Source of the DNA: Acidobacteriota bacterium
GTDB lineage: Bacteria > Acidobacteriota > UBA890 > WLXD01
Reading direction: 5' to 3'
Length of the DNA stretch: 64,000 nt
Assembly: GCA_963666055.2 (NCBI GenBank)
Contig: CAXWPH010000006.1
Span: forward strand, 224,001 to 288,000
Shown: positions 41,958-51,420 of the stretch, piece by piece
How the letters are laid out: the number at the start of each line of letters is the position of its first letter
How positions within the stretch are numbered: the first letter of the stretch is position 1
The notes under the pieces: generated by a model
Seen by the model: only the letters and a program-made list of their open reading frames with translations
The model's database searches: none
Told to the model about the DNA's origin: nothing
Program-made: the position numbers and the translations under genes

Positions 41958-42098
41958 CGGCTCGTGCAGACGGACCCGTAGCGCGCTAGCCGCGTCCCGC
42001 GACCCACCTAGCGACCTTCGATTCTGCTCGTCCGCAATGCCATAGCAGACACCAGTCATATGTCTTCTTAGGAGCCGCGAGAAGCCTCCCTATGGGCC
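41958..42098 (+). repeat. Kinase 3'-end stub plus ~120-bp trailer, copy A
   Basis: CGGCTCGTGCAGACGGACCCGTAG (RLVQTDP*) matches the kinase end at 54089-54112; trailer matches 47554-47695. Confidence 0.8.
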
Positions 42099-42183
42099 TC
42101 CGGCAACCTCACTGGTACTCGGGGGGCCAGCGGTGCGCCCGTGGACGTTAGGGGACCACTGAGAGGCGGCATTCCGGCACCTC

Positions 42184-42347
42184 CCGTGGACCCCTGCGAC
42201 CCTCAGCGATAGGCTTCAGGCGCTCACCCACCCCTCTGGTAGCGCCATGGAACCCGGCACTCGACTAGGTCACTACGAGATCCTGTCCCCGCTCGGTGCG
42301 GGCGGGATGGGCTAAGTGTATCGGGCACGCGATACCACGCTGGATCG
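42184..42347 (+). pseudogene. Promoter copy 3 plus kinase 5' stub (MEPGTRLGHYEILSPLGAGGMG*VYRARDTTLD)
   Basis: TGGACC(42187)-N17-TAGGCT(42210); ATG 42247; in-frame TAA; similarity to the 51421 kinase ends at ACGCTGGATCG. Confidence 0.85.
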
Positions 42348-42493
42348 AGTGCGTTGCAACGAATCCCGTACCTGGCCGTGTTTCACATCGGCCTCGTTAG
42401 CAGGCCCGACCGCCGCTCGGTTGGATCCCGCAGAGTGACAGACTCAACGTGGCCCCACGCGGAAGCGAGCGTGGGTGCTTGGAGGCGACGCCC

Positions 42494-43852
42494 ATGAAGA
42501 AAGCCAAATTCGACCGGCGAGCTTTTCTCGGTGCATCAACGGCTGGGTGGATGCTTGGCTCCAATGAGGTGGCACTTGCAGACGGCCCGCCCAATCGTGA
42601 AGGGAATCAAGCATCCGAAGCGGTGGGAGTCGACGAGAGGCGCCCGGCTTTCTCGGCGGCGGAGTACGAGGATCGCCTTCGGCGTGTTCGAGAGAGGATG
42701 GCGCGGCAGAACATCGACTTGTTGTGGGTGATGATGCCGGAGGGCATCTGCTATCTGCACGGCATGGCCTCAAGTTGGTACCAGGCGAACTCACCCAAGG
42801 CTTGGCCTGCCATGTCTGGAACCGCGGTGCATGTCGATCACGACAAGGTCATCCACTTTGACGACCGGTATCACAGCCACCTTCTGGAAGGGAGTCCGGC
42901 CCCGGTGGAGATCCGCTACTTCCGAGGCCAAGATCAGGTGGACTTCATGCTCAAGGAGCTCGAGTCGAGCGGCTGGCTGGGTGGCAACGTCGGTGTCGAA
43001 CTCTGGAGCTATCGACCGAACCCCGCGATCAGCGCGCGTTTCCAAGAGGGGTTCCGAGGGCGGGGCTGTACGGTCGTGGACGGTAGCGATGTGCTGCGAG
43101 AGGTCAGGCTGGTTAAATCTCCGCAGGAGATCGCCTATATCGAAGAGGCTGCCCGTATCTGCGACATCGGCCTGGAGGCGATCAGAGCGACGCTTCGACC
43201 GGGAGTCACGGAACTGGAAGTCTACGGCGAGGCAATGCGGGCGATGTACGCTGCGGGCGGCGAGACGCCGGCTCTCATCCAAGGAGTAGGTGTTTGGCGT
43301 GGAGGCTCAGGGGAGTGGGGCAACGGTCGGCGGTCGCACATCTTGCCATCGCGTCGTCGCATCAAAGCCGGTGACAACTTCGGTGCCGACCTCTGTGGCG
43401 TCGTCCATCGTTATCACGCCAATGCGTACCGCAGCTATGTCGTGGGCGAGCCGTCGGCCGAGACAATAAGAGACCACGACAAGTCGGCAGGATCATTTGA
43501 CATCCTTTGCGAGACAGCCAAGCCTGAGGTGCCGCTCAAGGAGGTCAATGACGCCCTCTTGGACTACTACAGGGCCACCGGTCTCTGGGGCAGCACAGGT
43601 TGGGCGTTGGGCTACGAGCTCGGCATCAGTTTCCCGCCGGATTGGGTAGGGAGCTTTGTTTTCACTGTCGCGGAAGAAGGCCCATCGGTCAGTGGAGTCA
43701 ACGCTGATCCGTCTGAATGGGCGATTCCAATTGGTACGGTCACGAACTGGGAGAGCTTGTGGATGAGAGGCCCGCTCATCGACACGATCGTCTACGAGGC
43801 TAATGGCCCACGACGCCTGTCGACGGTGCCGCTTCAGATGATTGCCGTGTGA
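42494..43852 (+). CDS. M24/creatinase-fold hydrolase (ectoine hydrolase DoeA/EutD-like) with Tat-like signal
   Basis: GGAGG RBS; FDRRAFLG; FSAAEYEDRL, VKSPQEI, RYHAN, GYELGISFPPDW; canonical aminopeptidase-P metal ligands not evident. Confidence 0.7.
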   Translation: MKKAKFDRRAFLGASTAGWMLGSNEVALADGPPNREGNQASEAVGVDERRPAFSAAEYEDRLRRVRERMARQNIDLLWVMMPEGICYLHGMASSWYQANSPKAWPAMSGTAVHVDHDKVIHFDDRYHSHLLEGSPAPVEIRYFRGQDQVDFMLKELESSGWLGGNVGVELWSYRPNPAISARFQEGFRGRGCTVVDGSDVLREVRLVKSPQEIAYIEEAARICDIGLEAIRATLRPGVTELEVYGEAMRAMYAAGGETPALIQGVGVWRGGSGEWGNGRRSHILPSRRRIKAGDNFGADLCGVVHRYHANAYRSYVVGEPSAETIRDHDKSAGSFDILCETAKPEVPLKEVNDALLDYYRATGLWGSTGWALGYELGISFPPDWVGSFVFTVAEEGPSVSGVNADPSEWAIPIGTVTNWESLWMRGPLIDTIVYEANGPRRLSTVPLQMIAV

Positions 43853-43917
43853 GACTCCCCTACACTGCAAACCCTGAACAAAAAACCGGGGAACGAGCCG
43901 ACTGAAGGGCGACGACC

Positions 43918-46626
43918 ATGGACCCCGGCACCAAACTAGGCCCCTACGAGATCACCGAGCAGCTCGGCGCTGGCGGCATGGGCGAGGTGTACCTGGCGCA
44001 GGACTCACGCCTGGGCCGCAAGGTGGCCATCAAGGTGCTGCCCGCCGAGTTCGCCTCTGATCCCGAGCGCCTGGCCCGCTTCGAGCAGGAGGCCCGCGCT
44101 GCCGCCGCCCTGAACCATCCTCATATCGCGGTCGTTCACGATATCGGCACCGAGAACGGCACCCACTTCATGGTGCAGGAGTACCTGGAGGGAGACACGC
44201 TGCGGGAGCCGCTACAGAGAGGTGCGCTGCCGCTCAAGAAGGCGCTCGGCCTAGCCACCGAGATCGCCGAGGCGCTGGCTGCGGCCCACGCCGCCGGGAT
44301 CATCCACCGGGATTTGAAGCCGGAGAACATCTTCGTCACCAAGGAGGGCCACGCCAAGGTGCTGGACTTCGGCCTGGCGAAGCTGACCGAGGTGGCGGGG
44401 GCAGGCTCACCGGGCGGTGCAACGCAGTCACCCACGATGATGGGGACGGTGGCCGGTCAGGTGATGGGTACTGCCGGGTACATGGCCCCGGAGCAGGTTG
44501 AGGGCTCCGACAAGATCGATCATCGGGCCGACCTGTTCGCCTTCGGCTGTGTGCTGTACGAGATGGTCAGCGGTGTTCGGGCGTTCAGCGGTCGCAGCAT
44601 CGCCGAGACGCTGGCACACATCCAGCACGATGACTCGCAGCCGATTCAGGAGTCCGACCCGTCGCTGCCAGACGAGCTGCAACGCATCGTACGCAAGTCG
44701 CTCGCCAAGGAGCCCGCCAAGCGTTACCAGACAGCCGGCGACCTGGTTGTCGACATACAGGCGCTTGGTACAGACGTGGAGTCGGGCGTCGCGGCACTGC
44801 CGGCAACCCCTGTCGCCGTGGAAACGTCTCGCGGCATCCCCTGGAAGCTGGCGGCTCCGATCGCGATTCTACTCGTGGTCGTTGCTGCACTGCTCGGCTG
44901 GTGGGCAAGGGAACCGGAGCCCGGAAGCACCATCCGCCTGCAGCTCGACCCCCTCGTCGACACGATCATGAGTGGGCTCGGCTCCGCAGTCGTGCTATCG
45001 CCCGATGGACGGCACGTTGCCTACGTCGATGGTGCTCCGAATACGGGTGGAAGGGCGCTGTACCTTCGCGCTCTCGACCAGCAGGACTCGACGACACTCG
45101 CGTCGTCGGCGACCACCGCAGGTTCGCCGTACCATCCCTTCTTCTCGCCCGACGGGCAGTGGGTAGGGTTCGTCACCCCGGCGGAGCTGAAGAAAGCGCC
45201 CATAACCGGAGGCACCCCGCAGTCGATCGCGCCGGTGGAACGTAGTCGAGGTGCGGATTGGGGGCCCGACGATACGATCGTCTTCGCACCAAACCCCGCC
45301 AGCGGCCTGTTTGTCGTGTCGGCTGTCGAGGGTGAGCCGGGACCGCTCACCGAGCTTTCCGAAGGCGAGCGCAGCCACCGCTGGCCCCAGTTCTTACCCG
45401 GCGGAAAGGCAGTGCTATTCACTTCGGCCGGGACCGGAGGCTTCGACAGGGCTAACCTCGAAGTCGTGGATCTCGCGACCGGCGATCGCCAGGTCGTGCA
45501 CCGGGGCGGCACCTACGGCCGATACGTGCCGACCGGCCATCTGGTGTATTCAAACGCCGGAGCGTTGTTCGTGGTGCCTTTCGACCTCGATACCCTGGAG
45601 ACGACCGGCTCGCCCATACCCGTCGTCGAGAACCTCCCCGCCGACGATCAAGGCGGGGTCTCGTTCGACTTCTCCGAGACCGGGATGCTCATCTATCACA
45701 TGAGGAATGGCGGCGCTTCGAGCGGTTTCCAACTCGCCTGGGTGGATCGTGACGGCCAAGTCGAGCCGCTGCCCTTCGAGCCGCGTGAGTCTCAGTACTT
45801 GGACCTCTCGCCGGATGACCAGCGCATCGCGCTCACAATCCGGGGAGATGATGGGGAGTGGGACATCTGGATCTACGAGATCGAACGAGGAGGTAGCCAG
45901 GTGCTGCTGACCACGGAGGGCAACAACAGAAATCCCGTTTGGTCGCCCGATGGAGAGTGGCTTTTCTTCAGATCGAATCGGGGTGGCAACTTCGACATCT
46001 TCAAGCGCCGGGCTGACCGGAGTCTCGAAGCCGAGCTGGTGTTGGATACAGAGGCTAACGTGTACCCGATGTCGATCTCGGACGACGGTGAGATGCTGCT
46101 TTTCGCAAGCGGGCTCTTCGGGAACCAGGATGTAGGGATACTGGCTCTCGATACAGGTGATACGGAAATCCTCGTCGATACCCCCGACGATGAGTTTTGG
46201 GCCAGTTTCTCGCCGGACGGTCGCTTCTTCGCCTTCCACTCGAACGAGACCGGGCAATACGAGGTGTATGTGCGGGAGGTATCGAGCGGTCGGACATTTC
46301 CGGTCTCTACGAGTACCCGTGGTGGTTGGTGGCCTCTCTGGTCGCGGGATGGAAGGGAGATTTACTACCGCTCCTTTAACAGCCCCGGCATCCTCGTTGC
46401 GGAAGTGGATTTGGAGTCGTTTTCCGCATCGGACCCTGTCGAACTCTCGGACATCGAAATGCGTGCCATTGGCAACTTCGATGTCACCGCCGATGGACAG
46501 AAGTTCCTTGTGACGGTGCCCGTTGGAACTGATGAGACTGGGGGCACGGCACCGGGCACACGACTCAACGTCGTCCTCAACTGGTTCGAGGAATTGAACC
46601 GGCTAGTGCCGACGGGCGGCTCCTGA
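43918..46626 (+). CDS. Hanks-type Ser/Thr kinase - TM - TolB/PD40 beta-propeller
   Basis: GAGGMG, VAIK, HRDLKPEN, DFG, YMAPE; TM; SPDG repeats; C-terminal LNWFEEL. Confidence 0.95.
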   Translation: MDPGTKLGPYEITEQLGAGGMGEVYLAQDSRLGRKVAIKVLPAEFASDPERLARFEQEARAAAALNHPHIAVVHDIGTENGTHFMVQEYLEGDTLREPLQRGALPLKKALGLATEIAEALAAAHAAGIIHRDLKPENIFVTKEGHAKVLDFGLAKLTEVAGAGSPGGATQSPTMMGTVAGQVMGTAGYMAPEQVEGSDKIDHRADLFAFGCVLYEMVSGVRAFSGRSIAETLAHIQHDDSQPIQESDPSLPDELQRIVRKSLAKEPAKRYQTAGDLVVDIQALGTDVESGVAALPATPVAVETSRGIPWKLAAPIAILLVVVAALLGWWAREPEPGSTIRLQLDPLVDTIMSGLGSAVVLSPDGRHVAYVDGAPNTGGRALYLRALDQQDSTTLASSATTAGSPYHPFFSPDGQWVGFVTPAELKKAPITGGTPQSIAPVERSRGADWGPDDTIVFAPNPASGLFVVSAVEGEPGPLTELSEGERSHRWPQFLPGGKAVLFTSAGTGGFDRANLEVVDLATGDRQVVHRGGTYGRYVPTGHLVYSNAGALFVVPFDLDTLETTGSPIPVVENLPADDQGGVSFDFSETGMLIYHMRNGGASSGFQLAWVDRDGQVEPLPFEPRESQYLDLSPDDQRIALTIRGDDGEWDIWIYEIERGGSQVLLTTEGNNRNPVWSPDGEWLFFRSNRGGNFDIFKRRADRSLEAELVLDTEANVYPMSISDDGEMLLFASGLFGNQDVGILALDTGDTEILVDTPDDEFWASFSPDGRFFAFHSNETGQYEVYVREVSSGRTFPVSTSTRGGWWPLWSRDGREIYYRSFNSPGILVAEVDLESFSASDPVELSDIEMRAIGNFDVTADGQKFLVTVPVGTDETGGTAPGTRLNVVLNWFEELNRLVPTGGS

Positions 46627-46721
46627 TGGTCGGCAAGACGCTCGGCCACTACGAGATCCTCGCCCCGCTCGGTGAAGGCGGGATGGGACAGGTGTATCGA
46701 GCCCGCGACACGACGCTGGAC
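46626..46721 (+). pseudogene. Kinase 5' stub (MVGKTLGHYEILAPLGEGGMGQVYRARDTTLD)
   Basis: TGATG-coupled to the preceding kinase; near-identical to 51441-51518 with third-position differences; ends at ACGCTGGA. Confidence 0.85.
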
Positions 46722-46800
46722 GCCCTTGCGGCGGCGGGAGTGTAACCGATTGAATCGGAGGTGGGGTGGCCGAACCGCCGCGTCACCGCGGGAGGCCCTG

Positions 46801-47382
46801 ATGTTGAATGGTAAGCATTGTCGATTGGCATCGACCATGGCCGCGCTGGCGTTGTTGTTCGCCGCACCGGCCACGGCCGACACGATCTACCTGAAGTCCG
46901 GCCGCATGCTTCATACGGACGAGGCCCGCGTCGAGGGCGATCGCGTGATCTTCACCCAGTTCGGCGCCACCGCTGCGCTGTCCATGGAGCTGGTTGACCG
47001 CGTCGAGGACAACGACGAGATCGGCCCAGTGCCGTCGCCGCCGATGCCCGTTCGTCCGGTGGCTTCTGCCGGCGAGGACGTGGCCGCGGATACGGAAACG
47101 GTGACCGAAACGCGGTTGGCCGAGAACACTCGCGAGTACTGGTTCGGGAAGCGGATGGCGATCCGCGACGAACGCGCCGAGCTGCGCGATCTACTGGCCG
47201 GACCACTGGACGGAGGGCTGCGGCGCATGCGCCGCGCGATGACGTTCGGGCACTACAACCTCACCGGCATCAACGAGCGCATCCAGCGCGTCGAGGACCG
47301 GCTCGAGGAGCTCGACGAGGAGGAGCGGCGATTGCGTCGTGAGGCTCGCCGCCGCGGCATCCCGCCAGGCTGGCTGCGCTAG
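46801..47382 (+). CDS. Secreted hypothetical protein with C-terminal coiled coil
   Basis: Signal peptide ending APATA-DTIYLKSGR; coiled coil; ends GIPPGWLR. Confidence 0.6.
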   Translation: MLNGKHCRLASTMAALALLFAAPATADTIYLKSGRMLHTDEARVEGDRVIFTQFGATAALSMELVDRVEDNDEIGPVPSPPMPVRPVASAGEDVAADTETVTETRLAENTREYWFGKRMAIRDERAELRDLLAGPLDGGLRRMRRAMTFGHYNLTGINERIQRVEDRLEELDEEERRLRREARRRGIPPGWLR

Positions 47383-47523
47383 ATCACCCGCCGCACCGAC
47401 GGCGTGAGGACGCGGCTGCACGTCGAGCGGGGTTCGTCTACCAGCTGCATCGGCGGCCGGCATTCTGCTCGTGGAAGCACTCCTGCATGGCAATCGTGCG
47501 GCACAGGAAGGAACCGGGTAGAC

Positions 47524-47695
47524 GTCGTCACCAACTGGTTCGAGGAGCTGAAGCGGCTCGTGCCGACGGACCCGTAGCGCGCTCAGTCGCGCCTCGCGAG
47601 CCACCCAGCGACCTTCGATTCCGCTCGTCCGCGATGCCAAGCAGACACCAGTCATATGTCTGCTTAGGAGCCCCTAGAAGCCCCTGCTACGGGCC
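47524..47695 (+). repeat. Kinase 3'-end stub (VVTNWFEELKRLVPTDP*) plus trailer, copy B
   Basis: Matches 54062-54112 and 41958-42098; contains inverted repeat AAGCAGACA-N9-TGTCTGCTT (47639-47665). Confidence 0.85.
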
Positions 47696-48123
47696 GCCGG
47701 CATACCCTGTCCTGTGCCCATCCAGGCGTAGACAGCGCCCAGGATTGCGCCGTAGACCAGATGACCCATGAGGCTGGGCATCATGCTGCTAGCGGCCTCT
47801 AGGTTCCAGTTGACACCAATGCCCATCCCCATGAACAAGGGCATGAGCGTGAGCGGACCCAACAACCACCAGATCACGCCGTAGCCGAGTCCATACCCCA
47901 AGCCGCTTTCCATCCCGCTCACCATCGAGCCCAAGACGATGCCAAACGCGGCTCCGATGATGGCGCTGTTGAGCATGTGGACGAGAAAGCCTGCGAAAGC
48001 CGATGGAGACCCCACCATGCTGCCGATCATTGGCAGCATCCCCATCATTCCCATCATGGCTCCGAACACCACACCTCCGGCCAGGCCACCGTAGATGCCC
48101 TGCTTGATGTTGTCCGCGTTCAT
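47674..48123 (-). CDS. Met/Gly-rich 4-TM membrane protein
   Basis: GGAGG RBS; AMMGMMGMLPMIG, HMLNS, GHLVYG. Confidence 0.7.
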   Translation of the reverse strand: MNADNIKQGIYGGLAGGVVFGAMMGMMGMLPMIGSMVGSPSAFAGFLVHMLNSAIIGAAFGIVLGSMVSGMESGLGYGLGYGVIWWLLGPLTLMPLFMGMGIGVNWNLEAASSMMPSLMGHLVYGAILGAVYAWMGTGQGMPAARSRGF

Positions 48124-48291
48124 CCGAAGCACCTCCCTTGGATGGTTGAACTAACAGAGAGGGGGGATTACGTCGCCCGTGAGAGTCGTCTAAGAACCCC
48201 AAGCGAACTTATGAAGTGGGCCTGTGTCTGTCAACGGAACGGCCATCGCCAGCGTATGCGGCGACGATCAGAGTAGACGCGGAAGGCGGGC

Positions 48292-48622
48292 GATGAGCCG
48301 CTCGCGGCTCTCGCGTGTCGGGTGTGCGACGATAGGGGTTGTGGGCAAGTGGGAGCTCGTGCCGGATCCGCAGGCGACGCCGATAATGCGCCTGGCTCCC
48401 GACCGGATCCTCTACAAGCAGAAGCAGCACCCCGGCCGCCGCGTCTACCGCTGGTCCATCTGCGACGCATGTGGTCGGCTCTGGTACACGCTCGACACCG
48501 TCCGCAACGTCATCAAGCGCGATGGGTGCTCGCACTGCCAGTACCCCGGCGAGACCAGGCTGCCGCCTAAGAAGATTCGCCCACGACCACGACTAAGAAG
48601 TCGATCGGCGAGACCATCCTGA
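48292..48622 (+). CDS. Small hypothetical protein with CxxC...CxxC
   Basis: CDAC and CSHC motifs; start uncertain. Confidence 0.35.
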
Positions 48623-48656
48623 TCGACATGATGTTGTTCGCCAGGCCGAAGTCCGA

Positions 48657-49121
48657 TCAGCGAGACACGCCCACGAAGGGACTAGGCCGGCGACCAGCGC
48701 GGGTCTGTCGCAATGCAGGGCCTCGCTCCTCAGCCCACCCCAGGAAGTCCGAGTTGTACATCCAGCGCACTACCTGCCAGCTTCCATCGGTGTGCCCCAC
48801 GCAGTAGAACAGCTGCGATCCCACGTCCTTGACCTCCTGTCCGTCGATCAGCAGCGTCATCTCATAGGCCGACCACCCGACGGCTACGTCGCCGCTGCCC
48901 TCAAAGTGCACATCGGAGAACGCGAAGGCGGATATCGCGGGTAAACCGTTCCCGTATTCAATAAGCGCCGAGCGACCGTGGACACTGGGTTGGTTGGGCG
49001 GTACGAAAACACCTTCCTCGATGAAGCATGCGGCCCAGGCTTCCCCGTCTCGCGTGCGAACGGCCTCTTCTACCGCCCGAACGTGGTCCCGGAGTGCTGC
49101 AAGGTCTTCTAAAGACAGCAT
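48657..49121 (-). CDS. NTF2/SnoaL-like (DUF4440/YybH) protein
   Basis: RDGEAWAACF, PPNQPSVHGR, DGSWQV; GGGAGG RBS. Confidence 0.75.
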   Translation of the reverse strand: MLSLEDLAALRDHVRAVEEAVRTRDGEAWAACFIEEGVFVPPNQPSVHGRSALIEYGNGLPAISAFAFSDVHFEGSGDVAVGWSAYEMTLLIDGQEVKDVGSQLFYCVGHTDGSWQVVRWMYNSDFLGWAEERGPALRQTRAGRRPSPFVGVSR

Positions 49122-49425
49122 GGTTTCCCTCCCGGTCGGATTCAGCGGTGGTTGGCACTCCAGCTATTGGCAGCCGTTGTTGAACCCGGCCCGTGTTCGG
49201 CCCCGTCCCTCGTTCTCTACTCCTCGAGGTCGGGGAGACCGGCCATCTGTCGGTGTCCGTTGACCTGAGCCTGACTGAGGTCGATCCGCAAATGACCGCA
49301 GCCGCAGTAGTCGACCGCTCCGGTAGATAGGTTCGAGGCGTGAACCCAGACGATATGCCTGCACTTGCATCGATAGCTGACCCGTCCTGACACAAGGTCC
49401 ATCTTTAGGGTGCTGCTGCGGCCTC

Positions 49426-49758
49426 TCATTGGGCCGCCTTGGCCCGCAGGCCGGCCAGGCGCTTAGCCAGCCTCAATGGAACTGAAACGGCCCCAGGGGC
49501 CTTCGCTTGTCGTTCGTACCGCTCGAGGACCGCGAGCTCGTCAGCCGGCTGCTCCTTCTGCCGGTAGATAATCGCTAGCTGCTCGTAGTACCACGGATCA
49601 ACCCCCCAGCCTCCGCCCTCGGCCTCGGCCTCTGAGGCGTCCACCAGGCGCAGGAGAAACTCCTTTGCACTATCGAGGTCGCCCACCCGCTTGAGGCGAC
49701 GAACCTCCACCACGTAGGCCGAGTAGTGCCGTCCGTCGACGAAGCCCAGCTTGCTCAT
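49426..49758 (-). CDS. Small TPR-like helical protein
   Basis: GFVDGRHY...LKRVGDLDSA...PWYYEQLAIIYRQ. Confidence 0.55.
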   Translation of the reverse strand: MSKLGFVDGRHYSAYVVEVRRLKRVGDLDSAKEFLLRLVDASEAEAEGGGWGVDPWYYEQLAIIYRQKEQPADELAVLERYERQAKAPGAVSVPLRLAKRLAGLRAKAAQ

Positions 49759-50946
49759 GCTCGGCGGCCTCTCACTGGAGGGCTCTGGTAGGTGGTCGGG
49801 GTCATGGGACGCGCCGCAGCCGTGAAAGGGCACCGGATCAAGCGCGGCTAAAAGCGAGGCCCCCCTGCACGGGACCATCGCCGCTAGGGGCGTCGCCCTG
49901 CAGTCTCAGTGCTGCCCCCGCTAGCGGCGGCTGGTAGCGCCAGGCGCGTCCCGCGCCGAGAGGTAACACCATCCTAGGCCCCCAGCACCCCGATCGGGTA
50001 GTGCCGCGTTCGTGGGCCACCATCGCGCGATCGATCCGCCGATGGCCCGCCGACCCTGCTGCTGGTGTTTGACGATTGATCGCGGTAGCGATCACCGCTG
50101 CGTTGGGCTCCTTCCGGTTGACAGGGCACGCAGAGGCAGGGGCCAAGAGCACGGCTTCGTAGGCCCCCTTCGGACGGGCAAGCATTAAGCATCACCGTGT
50201 TCGAGCCCGTTAGGGATCCTCGCAGCGCGTCAGGCGATGGAGCGTCTTGAGCGCAACGCTCGCCGACAGCAGAGCAAAGGAGGTAGTTGAGCGACTGAGA
50301 TGTCCCCAACAAACAGACGAGCCCGCCGCGACTGACTCAGCCAGGAACCCTCGCGGCGAGCTCTAACCCCTACGAGGGCTCGAAAGATGGTAAACGAAAC
50401 TCTAGAACTGCGCGACAAGCAGGGCCGAGTGCGGATCCGGCTGGAGGCAACCCGATGGTATCGAAGACGACGGCTAGCAAGACCGGCGGCCTTGCCGGAC
50501 ACCCGAACGGCTTCCAACGCTTTCTGTTGAGAACCTTCGGCGGATACCTGTTGAGAAAGGTCGACGAAGTGGAAAAGCGACGCCGGCGCCATCCAAACCT
50601 GGTCGATATCGATCGCTGGCAGGCGGCATCATGAGCAACGGAGCCCGAGAACGCTGTGGGCTCACATCGGCATCTGCTCAGCGTGCCGACAAACGATCGG
50701 CCCCCTCTTTTTAGCGATCGCGAACAGCGGGGAGGTGAAGATTGAGAAGCTCCTGCCCGATGCCGCCACCGACTTCAGTAGCCTCGTGCTGCTGATCCTG
50801 GCCGACGTCTTGAACCCCGAGGACATAGCCCAACTCAAGGCAGCAGCCGCGAAGCTCGAGGTGGCCCACTAGTCAGGGCCTGGCCGCGGACAGAGAATCA
50901 GGGCAGCAGCGGGAAGAGAACACCAACCCTTAGGGGAGGTAGCAAC

Positions 50947-51138
50947 ATGATGATGGACATGACTGGGATGGGAGCGTTCTCTATGTTGTTCGGGGTGATT
51001 TGGCTCGGCCTATTGGTCGGCGTAATCGTCCTCGCCACGCGCCTCGTCAGGGCAGTCGAGCGGATTGCAGACAGCGTGGGCGGACAGCCGGGCGGGAAAG
51101 TGACCCCCCTGAGTCGTTCGCCGATTGGAGGTGTTTGA
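50947..51138 (+). CDS. Small single-pass membrane protein
   Basis: GGAGG RBS; hydrophobic stretch then RAVERIA. Confidence 0.5.
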   Translation: MMMDMTGMGAFSMLFGVIWLGLLVGVIVLATRLVRAVERIADSVGGQPGGKVTPLSRSPIGGV

Positions 51139-51355
51139 TGCGGCAAGAGAAAACCAGGCGCCTACCACCAAAGAAGCGGCCTCTGTAGACGGCTCAGGAA
51201 CGTCACCACGGCCATCTAGGCCGCCCGAGTTTAGGGTCGACTACGGGCGGCCTGGTACACGCGAGTGGCAGCGTCTCAGCGGGTGTCTCGGGGCCGTCCT
51301 GCGAGCCAGGAGCCACTAGTCGCAATGCTGCTTGCCGGCGGGCCCCAGCTCCCTC

Positions 51356-51420
51356 CCGTGGACCCTCGACCGCTCCAGCGATAGGCTTCCGGCGTTCCCC
51401 CACGTCCCTGTGGAAGCGCC
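51356..51420 (+). promoter_or_regulatory. Repeated promoter copy 4, upstream of a full kinase gene
   Basis: TGGACC(51359)-N17-TAGGCT(51382). Confidence 0.65.

Noticed and set aside
42247-46721. Kinase stubs as DGR template/variable repeats
   Set aside because: Differences are mostly at third codon positions, not adenine-specific, and no reverse transcriptase is in the window.
49880-50900. Short ORFs between the TPR-like gene and the small membrane gene
   Set aside because: No recognisable motifs; probably decayed fragments.
38624-51420. Repeated ~45-bp motif as CRISPR repeats or integron attC sites
   Set aside because: Copies are kilobases apart, not palindromic, lack RYYYAAC/GTTRRRY ends, and no cas or intI gene is present.
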